64,000 nt of DNA, from positions 434,001 to 498,000 of the forward strand of contig JBPGPT010000004.1 in NCBI GenBank assembly GCA_051047955.1, written 5' to 3'. The position numbers and the translations under genes are program-made. The notes under the pieces were generated by a model. The model was not told the origin of the DNA and did not search any database. It saw only the letters and a list, made by a program, of their open reading frames with translations. This document shows positions 9,791 to 21,677 of this stretch, one piece after another. The first letter of the stretch is position 1, and the number at the start of each line of letters is the position of its first letter. Source of the stretch: Cystobasidiomycetes sp. EMM_F5. Taxonomy: Eukaryota.

Positions 9791-10984
9791 ATGATTCCTC
9801 GAGGTCAACAGTCGAAAGTGCACAGCTTTGCCAGCCTCGGGGTGAATATTATACACAAAATCTTTGAACCGCTCCTCATAGATGCCTATCAAGACGCTAG
9901 GTATTCACATAGAGCGTTTCCGGATAAACAAGCACTGTGCGCCATTATTATCGACAAGACAATCTTCAATTATCTCTATCCGCTCCTATTCCGGCGTATC
10001 CATCTTACCGTAGACGATGCCTTCGACCCTGCTCCCCATAAGTTACTATCTTTTCTTGGTGGCAACGCCATGGCTACCCGGCAAATCATTTGCTTCGCGC
10101 ATCTAGCTACCCGCATGAGACCGCGATCGCCGATGCACAGTACCTTGCCCACATTTCTTTTGGAGAATAGGGCAAGCTTGGATCGCTTCTGGGAATGTGA
10201 TCTGCCACGCTTGCAGGATCTGGAGCTAGTTGGGTCGCGGTCAACATTGCGCATAGTGCCAGCTACACGATGCTTGCGTTCCCTGCAGATCCCAGTCACA
10301 CACGAAACGGCAGCTGTAGTGTCGCAAATTCTTAAACTGAATTGCGCAACACTAGAGCGGGCGAATTTCACCGTGGCATCGTATGAAAACGGCGAGCGCC
10401 TTCACGCTATATATCTCGATATTGGAGCGGTCAGGCTGCCTGCCCTTTACGAGCTCACGCTATTGGGCATCAGCTTGAAGGACCCGCCGGCGATTCGTGA
10501 TCAAATTTTCCCTCAGTTGGCATCCCTGGATTTGTATTCAGATTGCATACCGGCTTGGATACTGCTAGAAGCTCCTGCTCTGACAGATCTGACGATTGTC
10601 CTAAAAGCCGATGAGTGCGACCCTCCCATGAATCGGGTGCTTGCCATGACAATTCCCAAGCTCCCGAATCTGCGGATGCTCAGGCTGTCCGGAGATACTT
10701 GGTCCTTGTTGTCGAGTGTGGAGATGGAAGACATGTTGAGCAAGCTTCCACATGGTCTCGAATACCTGGATCTCACTGACTTTGGCCAGGCCGCAACTGC
10801 GATACTGCGAAATCTCCTGAAGGATTGGACGTGGCTGCCCAGCTTGCGCGATCTCGAGGTACTCAACCTGGGAAGCTTATCTGAAGATAGTGACGACGAT
10901 GACGAAGAAGTGGAAACAGACTTCATGGCGCTGAGAATGGATATTGGGAAGAACGGGGACAGAAGGCTTGTCGGGGTGATCTAG
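9791..10984 (+). CDS. Divergent F-box-like/LRR-like protein (array member 5), intronless
   Basis: First ATG at 9791; SLGVNIIHKIFEPLL...FPDKQALCAIIIDKTIFNYLYPLLFRRI, WLPSL, DDDDEE tail and GKNGDRRLVGVI. Confidence 0.72.
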   Translation: MIPRGQQSKVHSFASLGVNIIHKIFEPLLIDAYQDARYSHRAFPDKQALCAIIIDKTIFNYLYPLLFRRIHLTVDDAFDPAPHKLLSFLGGNAMATRQIICFAHLATRMRPRSPMHSTLPTFLLENRASLDRFWECDLPRLQDLELVGSRSTLRIVPATRCLRSLQIPVTHETAAVVSQILKLNCATLERANFTVASYENGERLHAIYLDIGAVRLPALYELTLLGISLKDPPAIRDQIFPQLASLDLYSDCIPAWILLEAPALTDLTIVLKADECDPPMNRVLAMTIPKLPNLRMLRLSGDTWSLLSSVEMEDMLSKLPHGLEYLDLTDFGQAATAILRNLLKDWTWLPSLRDLEVLNLGSLSEDSDDDDEEVETDFMALRMDIGKNGDRRLVGVI

Positions 10985-11053
10985 GGCTGAGCGGTCAGTC
11001 TTTTCGAGTATTGCCTGGCACGGTGTTGTACTATATGTAGCGTTCTTGCTTCT

Positions 11054-11114
11054 CCACGTCAACCCAAACCTACACATCCCATTCCAGGCACCGTGCCTGG
11101 CCTGTGCCACGTCG
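11054..11114. promoter_or_regulatory. Two candidate unfolded-protein-response elements (UPRE) upstream of BiP
   Basis: CCACGTCA at 11054-11061 (TGACGTGG on the minus strand) and TGCCACGTCG at 11105-11114. These are Hac1/XBP1/Cib1-type CCACGT cores 150-210 bp upstream of the KAR2 ATG. Confidence 0.65.
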
Positions 11115-11263
11115 TCGCGTCTTCCAACTTTTTCCATTGCAAAAGAAGCAGCAACCAGCTTGGATCTTGACCAAACGCTTTGCAGTTTGGAAAGCAAATG
11201 TGAGTATGGCTCGCAGGTGGGCGACAACGCAGCAGTATCCTAATACTCGCTCGGTTCCTGCAG

Positions 11264-13899
11264 ATGGCCTCGTCTTTTCGGCGCCCTCTGGCGGCCACGT
11301 TAGCCATTCTTTTGGCAGCGATACTGTGCTGCCTGTGTCTGGGGACATCAGGCGTGCAAGCACAAGCAAAGGAGGATGTGAGTATAAAACATGTGTTTGG
11401 AATGCCGCCCATGCTGATTTGGCGTTTGTTCAGCTCGGAGTTGGTGGGTTCTCACAGCCTCTGAACAAAGCGCGATGAAAGGGAATTTCTGACGTGCCAT
11501 TCGCATCCTACTGGACATGCATTCACACAGTCATTGGGTGAGTGCGGTATCCCTGCGACTCATTCCCCACCGTCGAGTGTGCCTCGCTGACTGAACACGT
11601 CGACAGTATTGATCTAGGTACCACCTATTCCTGCGTCGGTGTTCAGCAAAAAGGACGAGTGGAAATCTTGACGAATGAGTAAGCTACTGACATACCCGCG
11701 TGCTCCGTCTCTCTGTCACTCACTGCAGTCGCGTTCAGCCAAGGTAACCGTATCACCCCATCATACGTTGGTTTCGCATCCGGTTCAGGCGAACGTCTGG
11801 TCGGTGATGGCGCAAAGAATCAAGCTCCTCAAAACCCCGAAAATACCATCTTTGACGCGAGTGAGTGCATCATGCTCTTGAGAATGTCAAGCCGCATCAA
11901 AGCTGATACTGACGTGTCTATTAGAGCGCATGATTGGACGGAGGTACGATGACAAGGACGTACAACGCGATCTCAAGCACTACCCTTTCAAGGTGGTCAG
12001 CAAAGGCGATAAGCCAAATGTTCAAGTCCAAGTCGGAAGCGAAACAAAGACCTTCTCTCCAGAAGAGATTTCCGCAATGATCCTCGGAAAGATGAAGGAG
12101 ATTGCGGAGACGTACCTTGGTAAGAAGGTCACTCATGCCGTCGTCACTGTCCCAGCATAGTGTGTACGATTACTATTCCTTGCCAGACATTATCTGATCT
12201 TCATTTCAGCTTCAACGACGCACAACGTCAAGCGACCAAGGATGCCGGTACTATTGCCGGACTCAACGTCCTCCGAATCGTCAACGAGCCCACGGCAGCC
12301 GCTATCGCGTACGGACTCAACAAGTCTGGACCCGAGCGCCGCATCATTGTCTATGACTTAGGTGGTGGTACATTCGATGTCTCTCTCTTGTCTGTCGAGG
12401 ACGGCGTATTCGAGGTCTTGGCTACCGCCGGTGACACTCATCTCGGTGGTGAGGACTTTGATAATCGTGTCATTGATCACTTTGTCAAGACCTGGAAGAG
12501 GAAGAATGACGGCGAGGACATCACCAAGAACAAGTGCGTCACTTCGGTTCAGAATCGCAATATGTTGGCTGAAACTTCTGCGCAGGCGCACTATGGGTAA
12601 ACTCAAGCGTGAAGTCGAGCGAGCCAAACGTACCCTCTCTGCTCAAATGACCGCAAAGCTTGAGATCGAGTCTTTCTTCGACGGAAAGGATCTATCCGAG
12701 ACGCTCACACGCGCCAAGTTTGAGGAACTCAACATGGACCTCTTCCGCAAGACTATGAAGCCCGTTGAGCAGGTCATGAAAGATGCTGGTCTCAAGAAGG
12801 AGCAGGTCGATGATATCGTCCTTGTCGGCGGTTCCACCCGTATTCCGAAGGTTCAACAGCTCCTCAAGGAGTACTTTGGCGGAAAGGAGCCCTCTCAAGG
12901 TATCAACCCCGATGAGGCTGTAGCATACGGTGCTGCCGTCCAGGGTGGCATCCTGTCTGGAGAGGAAGGTCTCCAGGACATGGTTCTCATCGATGTCTGC
13001 CCACTGACTATGGGTATCGAAACGACTGGCGGTGTCATGACCAAGCTGATCCCAAGAAATACGGTCGTTCCTACCAAGAAGTCCCAGGTATGTGCTCGCC
13101 GTCCTGGTTGCGAAGTGTAAGCTAATGTCACTTTGGCTGTTACAGACCTTCAGCACGGCTGCAGACGGACAGACCACTGTTCTCATTCAAGTTTACGAGG
13201 GTGAGGCAACCCCGCGTTTCTCGGACCTAGTCTTCCATGCTGATGCGCATCCTGACGCGTCTTTCGATCAGGCGAGCGATCCATGACCAAGGATTGCAAC
13301 CACCTCGGCAAGTTTGAGCTTACCGGTATTCCTCACGCACCTCGCGGCGTTCCCCAAATCGACGTCACCTTTGAGATCAATACCGACGGTATCTTGTCTG
13401 TTTCCGCCACCGACAAGGGCACGGGCAAGAGTGAGAGTGTGACGATCAAGAATGAGAAGGGCCGTCTTTCTCCAGAGGAGATTGAGCGCATGATTCAAGA
13501 GGCCGAGATGTATGCCGACGAGGACGCTGCATTGGCCAAGAAGATTGAATCGCGTAACGGATTTGAGCAATTCTGCTACTCGTTGAAGTCGCAAGTTGGA
13601 GACAAGGAGGGACTCGGAGGTAAACTTGACAAGGACGACAAGAAGACCATCAACGATGCCATCAAGGCGGCTCAGGACTGGCTCGAGTCGGAGGGAGCCA
13701 ATGCCACCCCCGAGGAAATCGACGAGCGCAGAGAGGGTCAGTGCACATACATTCTGGCGTGGCGTGGAAAGCACTGATGTACTATTCATTTGCAGAACTG
13801 CAAGCTACCGTTTCGCCCATTACATCCAAGATCTACGGTGCAGGCGCTGGCGGATCCTCGAGTGATGACGAGCCATTGCGCGACCACGATGAATTGTAG
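11264..13899 (+). CDS. KAR2: ER Hsp70 chaperone BiP, multi-exon
   Basis: Signal peptide, [42 protein letters not shown] and [14 protein letters not shown]-terminal HDEL followed by TAG at 13897-13899. Confidence 0.97.
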
Positions 13900-14130
13900 A
13901 TGGGTAGTGACGGGATCCTGCGCGACAAAAAAAGGCATGTAGGCTGGGCGGCAACACGTATGGAAGTCGTTCGAAGGAAAAGCTAGGCGTGAGCCTGTCA
14001 GGAGAGAACGAACAACAGAGTGGAGAATTTGCAAGTCCAAGTCAATTCTAGAATGTTGTCGCTGTAGGGGTATGCCGTTATGAGAGCGACGAAAGCAGTA
14101 TGTAGTTCAGATTGCTACCATCTGACGACG

Positions 14131-15341
14131 ATGCAGACTGACACTGCCGAGTATGAGCGACACCAGCGCAACTTGCAAGTCTTTGAGTCTTTGCAGAGCA
14201 GCATCGACGACGAGGTTGCCAGACGAGAGCGTATCCGTGACGCTGTCCGAGATCTCGACAGCCTCTGCAGGACACTGACGGCCCAGTGGGTCAATTATAT
14301 CGGCTGATGGATTGATTTGGCTGGGGACGCTGACTGCTGATGTTGCCTTTACCGACTGACTGCAGCCTGAATGGCATTCATGCTGTCCCATCGTCGCAGT
14401 TTGATACCTTGGTCGTGGGCGCCCAGAGGTACATCAGTCAGTGCCATGCAAGCCTGCAAGCCCTGGCAGGCCTGCTACCGAGAGATCAGTACTGGAGAGT
14501 GCGTGTTGTTACAAATGTTGTCTACACGAGGTCATGCTGACGTTTTATGTTTGGTGTCGACAGTATAGCGACATGTTTTCGCGGTCAATGCAGACGCTGG
14601 CGTTCAATGTCGTGCTCATGAGCTGGATCGGAAACGATGATCTGGCAGACATCAAGACTACCAGTCAGATTATGGCTAGTGCGTTTGGCACTATTATCAC
14701 TGAAGTACAGACACAAGGTTTGCAACGGGTCCTGAAAGCAGTGTCATTTACAGTAAACGACGACTGGGAACTGCGTCTATCTACAGAAGATTACCTTCAC
14801 GGAGTCATTACGCTCGTCAACGAACTGGTGCGTCCCATCTTTGCCTGTGATTACTAAATTTCTCTAATTTTGTAATTCATGTGTACGCCCACGAAATGAT
14901 TTTTGACCGTTCATACAGGCTCGATTATGTCCAAATTCTATTGTCAACTCCGATTTCGCTCTACCCTTGCGGATAAGCAAGTTTTGCAAGGAGATACACG
15001 CAGGCTTCGGCATGCTGAATCTGAAGAATGACTCCTTGCGGAAGCGATTTGATGGAATGAAGGTGTGTTGCATGTCTATGAAGCGGAGTTCAACAGTAGC
15101 ATAAGCTAAGAGTGTCCGCTGCGAAATAACAGTATGATATCAAGAAAATCGAAGAAGGTAGGTTTGCTACTCCGCCTATGCATGCCCGGCAGCGCTGACA
15201 CAGGTGCGACACATCATCATCACAGTCGTTTACGACATCTCGCTGCGAGGGCTGGTACCGTCAGCAGCGGGCAGCGCGCTACAAAATACGGCAGAAACTG
15301 CCACCAGTAACAAGCGAGTGCGCGATGATGTGCATTTATAA
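14131..15341 (+). CDS. TSN: Translin (C3PO subunit), multi-exon
   Basis: Exons encode RRERIRDAVRDLD, LSTEDYLHGVITLVNEL, GFGMLNLKNDSLRKRFDGMKYDIKKIEEVVYDISLRGL. Confidence 0.9.
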
Positions 15342-15587
15342 GTATCCTGTTGTTCCGTAAGAATGACGGGATTGCCCTTATGCGCGCGATCACGGATTCG
15401 AATGAGCGGTCACACCCGGTCACACCTTTGCCCACCATGACGGTCCCGCTGGCGGTTCATCGCCACTTATACAGGGGTGCAGAAGTGCCAGCAAGTTTTC
15501 GACAAACATCATCTTCTCGCATCGTCTACGTGGATGTACTTGCCAAGACGACTGGAGTAGAGGATTGAAACGAAGCGGCTTTCAAAG

Positions 15588-17324
15588 TCAGGTACTGCCT
15601 GAAGTATTACTGACTTGGTATTGATTAGCTCGCCGTCCCTGAGTTGACGATGAATGTTTGGGTGCATCCCACTCCGGCGGCAGCATTTGGTTGCTCTTCT
15701 GCATCTGCTTGACGACTGTTCCGACAGTGACGGGTCCAGCGACCGTGCACAAAAGCGTAGCCCACAATATGAGGTAGAAGAGATCGTCAGGCATTAGGGA
15801 TGGCGAACTGGCTAGTGCTAGATTGGCAATGAGTAATGATATCTCGCCTCGAGCTACCATCGCTGATCCCAATAGAAGCGATGCTGGCAGCAAAGATGGC
15901 TGGCGCGTCGTTGAGCGTTTAGACGGCTCTCTCGGCGGGAAGGTATGAGACGTCTCGCTTCCAGACCTTTCGGAGCCTCTGTCACTGGCAATTGCTACTG
16001 ATGGGACGGCGGCGCTCGCTATAGCCGTAGCGCTTGGCTTGTTCAACTTCTTGTAGGTGTACTCCAAAACGACGAAGGCTCCAGTAGCAAGTTTTGCGAC
16101 AGCCATTAGAAGGCTGTAAACTATCCCTTTCCAGACTACGGATCCGTTGAACATTAGGCGGATTGGTATCGCGTACCCGATGGAAGCGAAGAAGAAAGGA
16201 CGTAGGATGTAAGCCTGCACCTGAGCAATGTATACCTTGTAAGTGTTGTCGATTGTAGGCGCATCAGGTAGCATTTTCCGGCTAATCACTATCAGTGCAG
16301 CAAGGACTAAGCCTGCAACAAACGCGCCAAGCAGGATAGATGCTGTCGTATGTTTCGTCAGTTTCCTGCCGTCGAGGGCATATATGGACTTACTGCCAGA
16401 TAGAGAGGCGACTGCAGTGTAGGCAGACGCAACGAGCAAGCTAATGACCAGATTAAATAGATGAAACCTCTGCTCGTTGACTTGTGCTGGCATGTTCGAC
16501 AACAACCAGACAAAAGAGGGACGAATGACGAGCTTCAGAAGTATCCAGGATACGAGGAGCATGGCGGCACTAGTGAGCAGTGGCTTGCCAACAGCCCATC
16601 CGAGGTTTGCGTCACTGCCATTTAGCGTGCCTCCCAGCGACGTGATCACTTGCAGCAGTATGAGGCCAACGACATCATCTGCGACTGCCGCGCTCGACAG
16701 TACTGCTCCAAGTCGTGTAGGTGCAATACCAGCTTGTGAGATGACGGAAAAGGTAGTGCCGAGGGATGTGGTGCTCAACGCAGCACCAGCTGAGAACGAC
16801 TGGAGGAGGGTGAACTCGAAGGCAAAGTGTAGAAGAGGTAGCGAGAAGGCTATCGGAAGCAGAAGGCCAAAGAAAGCTACTGCAGTAGACATGGCCAGAT
16901 TCGCTCGCGCAAGCGCAAGATTCGTGCCAAGACCGCCTTTGGTTACAGATCCTTTGTCAAATCTGCTGCAACACCATCAACGAGATCAGAACACACCTTC
17001 GAGTACTACAATTATCAGTCCCAGGTATCCGAGAGCTGTAAAGGATGCTTCCCATTCGACTGGAAGTATGCGAGCTAGCGAGTCACCATACACTAGGCCG
17101 ACGAAGAGTTCGCCTGGAAAACGCGAACGCTCGTGAAATTTGTCACTCCCGTTGACGTGTGTGTGGCTTTACCTACCCAGTATGCCGACGTGGGCAAGTC
17201 TATCGCACACAGCGCGAGCGGTGTTTAGGAAAACGATAAACGACGTCAGTATGAGGATTTCTGTGAGCGATGGTTCATGGAAGGGATAAAAGGGAAGGCC
17301 GTCAGAATGTGAATGTGAAGCCAT
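15588..17324 (-). CDS. Cation/H+ antiporter (Na_H_Exchanger, CPA2/KefB-like), multi-exon
   Basis: Start MASHSHSDGLPFYPFHEPSLTEILIL at 17324; many TM helices; motifs GAALSTTSLGT, AAVADDVVGL, PFFFASIG and MVARGEI. Confidence 0.88.
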
Positions 17325-17419
17325 GCTTGCTAGAGTGGACGGTCAGTTTTGCGGAGAAGATGCATTTGTCAGTTGGTCGCGAGATTGGACGTGTAAAGTT
17401 CAATTGCCATTCGACCACA

Positions 17420-20361
17420 ATGTCCACTGCAGCTGGCGCGACAGACGAAGAGCGAGCGCCGTTACTGCAGCGTGCAGTGCACGACGACCACGATGACCAT
17501 GACGGGTCACAGCAGGAAAATATCGACCGGCGGTCACTGAAGCTCGTCCTGCAGCATCCAAAATTGTTGACGACGCTCGAGCAGGTCAGTCGGCGAAGAT
17601 TCTGGCTGATGTGGAATCTGAATATGGACCATTCTGTGACTCTGACTCGCAGGCGCTCGTGCTGCTGACCATCGTACTGCTGTGCTTAGCGGCCGTTTTT
17701 GGGGGACTGGCGTTGGGCGTGTCCGACAAGTACAAGCACTTGAAAGACAAGCAACGCACACCGATACTGACTACAACCCAAGAGTATCGGACTACCACGC
17801 AATATGCTACAACAACCGTGACGGATCCAAATCCTCCGGCTCCGACAGCTCCTCCCACACATCCCCCATCAAAAAATGTAGGTTCACGGCTGCAACTACT
17901 GCTAACGCCTGCTTTCGTATGCTAATTCATGCTGTGTTCATAGGACGCTATCTGCCTAACGCCCCTCTGCGTGCAGGTATCTGCCGCCATTCTCGACTCT
18001 ATAGACCCATCCATCGATCCGTGCGATGACTTCTACCAGTTTGCAGTTGGACAATGGCTAGCTACGCATCCCATCCCTGCCGAGAAGGGTCTGTTTGGTT
18101 CTGCTCAGTGGATTGATCAGCGCAACAAGGACCTCCTGCTGCGTATCCTGGCGACGCCGGTCGTGGAGGACAAACTCTTGCAACTATCAGATGCAGCATT
18201 AGACTCTCACGATGCCGAGCGAGAGGCAGATATTCAGAATCTGCAAGACTTGAACACCTTCTACACGTCCTGCATGGACGAAGATGCGCTAGACAGGCGC
18301 GGCTCCAAGCCATTACTAGATATTGTGGAAGAAGTCTTGTCTGCTTGGAGGCAGAGTAAGAAGAGTGTAAAGGAGAGGATGACCGAGACGCTCCTTCTAT
18401 TACACTCGAAAGGTTCGTCTCCCCATCAACTCCCATAGAAGGCGTTCGCAGTACTAATTTTTACATATCAGGCATTGATGCGCTTTTCGCTTCGCATACA
18501 CAAGGCGACTACTACGTAGCTCCCGACGTGCTGAGGCTATGGCTTTCCCAAAGCGGTCTTGGCTTGCCCAATCCAGATTACTACGGCGACGCTGATGCTG
18601 AAAAGATTTATAAGGAGGTTATACGTAGTGCTCTGTCTGATGTATACGAGCATGTCTTACTGATGGAAGATGAGCACCACCATAAAAGCAAAGACAGAAA
18701 AGGGAAGAAGGGCAAGAAGCCCGATCGCAAGCCACACATGGACTTTACGCAAGTATACGATTTCGAGGCTAGTCTGGCGAAAATCAACGTTGACAGGTGG
18801 GGCCGCATACGTTTCCCAAATTTGATATGTACTGATAACACCTTACTTCAGTGTTGATCTTGGCGACCCAGTCTTCGTCTACAATCCGTATAACAGCAGC
18901 GGCTTGGCCAAGCTGGCGCCCTTCCTCGATTGGACAAACTATTTCTCAGGTTTTGCGCCACGGGCTTTCCCAATGCCGGCTATCGTAACGACTCCGACAT
19001 ATTTCGGTAACTTGACTAGCCTCTTGCAGAAGGTGGACGAACAAGTTCTGGAAGCATACTTTGTCTGGCAGACTGTTCGCTCGCTTGGTCCCTTGCTTGG
19101 GCCGCGTGAGACTGCACGGAAGGAGGTCACACAGCTAAACAACTACCTCAGCGGAGTAGAGGAAGGAGTGCGTGCACGTCGCGAGGACGTATGTCTGACC
19201 AATCTGCTTGACAACTACGGCTTCATGGTCGGTCGATACTTTGTCCAAGAGGCATTTTCGGAGAAGGCAAAAAATTACGCTACAACCATCATCAAGTCTG
19301 TCATTACAGCTTTCAAAGCACGCCTACCAGAATTGGACTGGTTAGACGAATCATCGCGAAAAGCAGCAGAGGAGAAGGCTGATGCCATTGGAATCAAGAT
19401 TGGATATGCTACTTCGCCCAACGTGACACAGCCTACCTCCCTCCGCAACTTTTATGCTCCGAGTAGACCGATCGCTGGCAAATACTTTGAAACAGTTGTC
19501 AATGCTCGCAGTGTCGTCGAAGGCAGGAAATGGAGAGAAGTCGGCAAGAATCGCGATCCGGGAGCCTGGGAGATGATTCCATCTGAAGTGAGTGCATGCA
19601 TTTGGCTATAATGCTCAGCTCAGTAGAAGACACCACTGATAGCACTATCTCAGGTAAATGCTTATTACAGCCCTGAAGCAAACGAGATGGCATTCCCCGC
19701 TGGCATCCTTCAGGCTCCATACTTCTCGAAAGACTACCCAGAATATCTCGGCTTCGGCGCCATGTCCTCTCTGGCAGGTCATGAGCTGACGGTGAGCATT
19801 GGATTGCAGAGTCTATCGGCAGCTTAAACTGACGCCTCGATGTCGCAGCACGCTTTTGATTCTGCTGGTCGAAAGTTTGACAAGACAGGCAAGCTGACCG
19901 ACTGGTGGACGCCGGACACGATTAAGCGATACGACAAGCTTACACAATGCTTGGTCGTGCAGTATGGCAAATTTTACGTCATCGGACCGGACGGCAAAAA
20001 GTACCACGTCCAGTCACGAGTGACGCTGGGCGAGGATATTGCAGACGGCGGTGGCATAAATCAAGGATTCAAAGCGTGGAGGTCTCGCTTCGAAGCTGAT
20101 CCTGAGGGCGTCAAGCACGATAATTATATTTTACCGGGCCTTAATTATACGCGAGAACAGCTCTTCTTCATTCAATTCGCTAGAGGTTGGGCGAGAAACA
20201 TCAAGCCCGCCGAGGCAGTACGACGGATCAGGGTGGACGAGCACTCGCCCACTAAATTCAGAGTGCTCGGCACTTTAAGCAACAGTGAAGATTTCGCAAA
20301 GGCATTCAATTGCCCTGCAGACTCCAAGATGAATCGCAAACACAAGTGTAAGGTGTGGTAG
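17420..20361 (+). CDS. M13 zinc metallopeptidase (neprilysin/endothelin-converting-enzyme-like), type II membrane protein, multi-exon
   Basis: N-terminal TM anchor, DPCDDFYQFA, VNAYY, FPAGILQ, spliced GHELTHAFD zinc motif, TLGEDIADGGG, EHSPTKFRV and CKVW end. Confidence 0.93.
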
Positions 20362-21677
20362 AAGCGCAATGAACGAACCGCAGGCAGAGAAATACGAGTG
20401 GAATCGAATGGCACAGTGCAATGGCGGCATGCTGGTGCCGTGTTACTTTGACAAATGTACATATGTTCAATTGATGGACAAGGTATCATGCCATATTAAT
20501 GATGTTCCTTTTTGATGTGGTCGACCGTGTCTTTTTGTAGCTGTTCTGGGCCTATAGGGAAGAAGCGGAGACTCGTCAACACGTGCGATGGCGACAACTG
20601 CGAACTGTCTGCGCGTACTGCGCGTATCTTTCGTAGCCTTGACCTTTGCCTCTGCGAGTCAGAACGTGTCCCGTCTTCAGTATATGTTTGCTAGCGTTTA
20701 TGTCACCATCTCACCAGAATCGGATGCAAGCTACGGCGGATCAAGAGAAATTATCAGACCGCCAATACGAGCAATTGTCTATTAGATTGCATGCCCACCT
20801 TCTCGTTCCATCCCGGAGCGTGGTCGACCGGCGACTTTGTGCTGCCTTTGAGATTCTTCTGCTTCTCGGCTTCGATATCCTAATGGCCGGAGACTCGATG
20901 TTCAATTGAAATATTCCTATACACGCCATTACAATCTTTTACAGCCCACCTCTGGCTTGCCGGAGTGCTGTCGGGGTTTTCAGTCACTGTCAGGCTGAAT
21001 GACCAGCTAGAAAGATGCGGAAAAGACGAAGACGTACGCCGTGAGTTCCGTGAGAATAGCGGACACCTCGCAGTGCTGTCGCAGTGATGGATGGCTGGAT
21101 TCTGCGGACTGCAAACATGGTGGGCTTCTTTGTCGATCAGCGGTCAAGAGCCAATGACGGCCGGCGGAGAATGGACTTTGTTCAAAACCAACATCGAGAT
21201 ATGCTGAAGTGAATGGCTAGTGGACGCACTGACAGCCTTGCTGACTATCTGATACGCTGATAGACTCGCGAAAGCCCCGAATGTTACTCGCTTTCCTGGA
21301 AAGATGTGACGCTGACAAGCAATTGCTTCACTGAAAATCCCGCAGGAAACACCGCCGCCTCTGCCTTGTTTGCGTCTTATTTCAGTACAGTGGACAGCCT
21401 GCAGAGTCGCGATGCTCGGTCCAGCTTTCTTGTCTCGAGATGTTGTTTCCCTGGCATACCAAATCCGGAAGCTGCGGTGTCGCATCCGGATCCGGCACAG
21501 CGGAGCGGCACAAGCAGACAGGCAGTCGTCTTCGATGTTCTGCAATTGTCCTTCTCTTCCTCCTATACGCACATTACACGACTATCTCTGGAGCAGATTC
21601 ACCGCGGGAAATCGACTCGCCTGTCACACATTCTTTAGACTTGTCTGTCTACATACAATTTACACAACCCTCACAAC

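Noticed and set aside
12150..12210. Apparent in-frame TAG in BiP after VTVPA (readthrough or pseudogene?)
   Set aside because: Explained by a GTGTGT...TTCAG intron splitting the Tyr codon (TA|C)
16477..17136. 219-aa + strand ORF
   Set aside because: Antisense shadow of the cation/H+ antiporter
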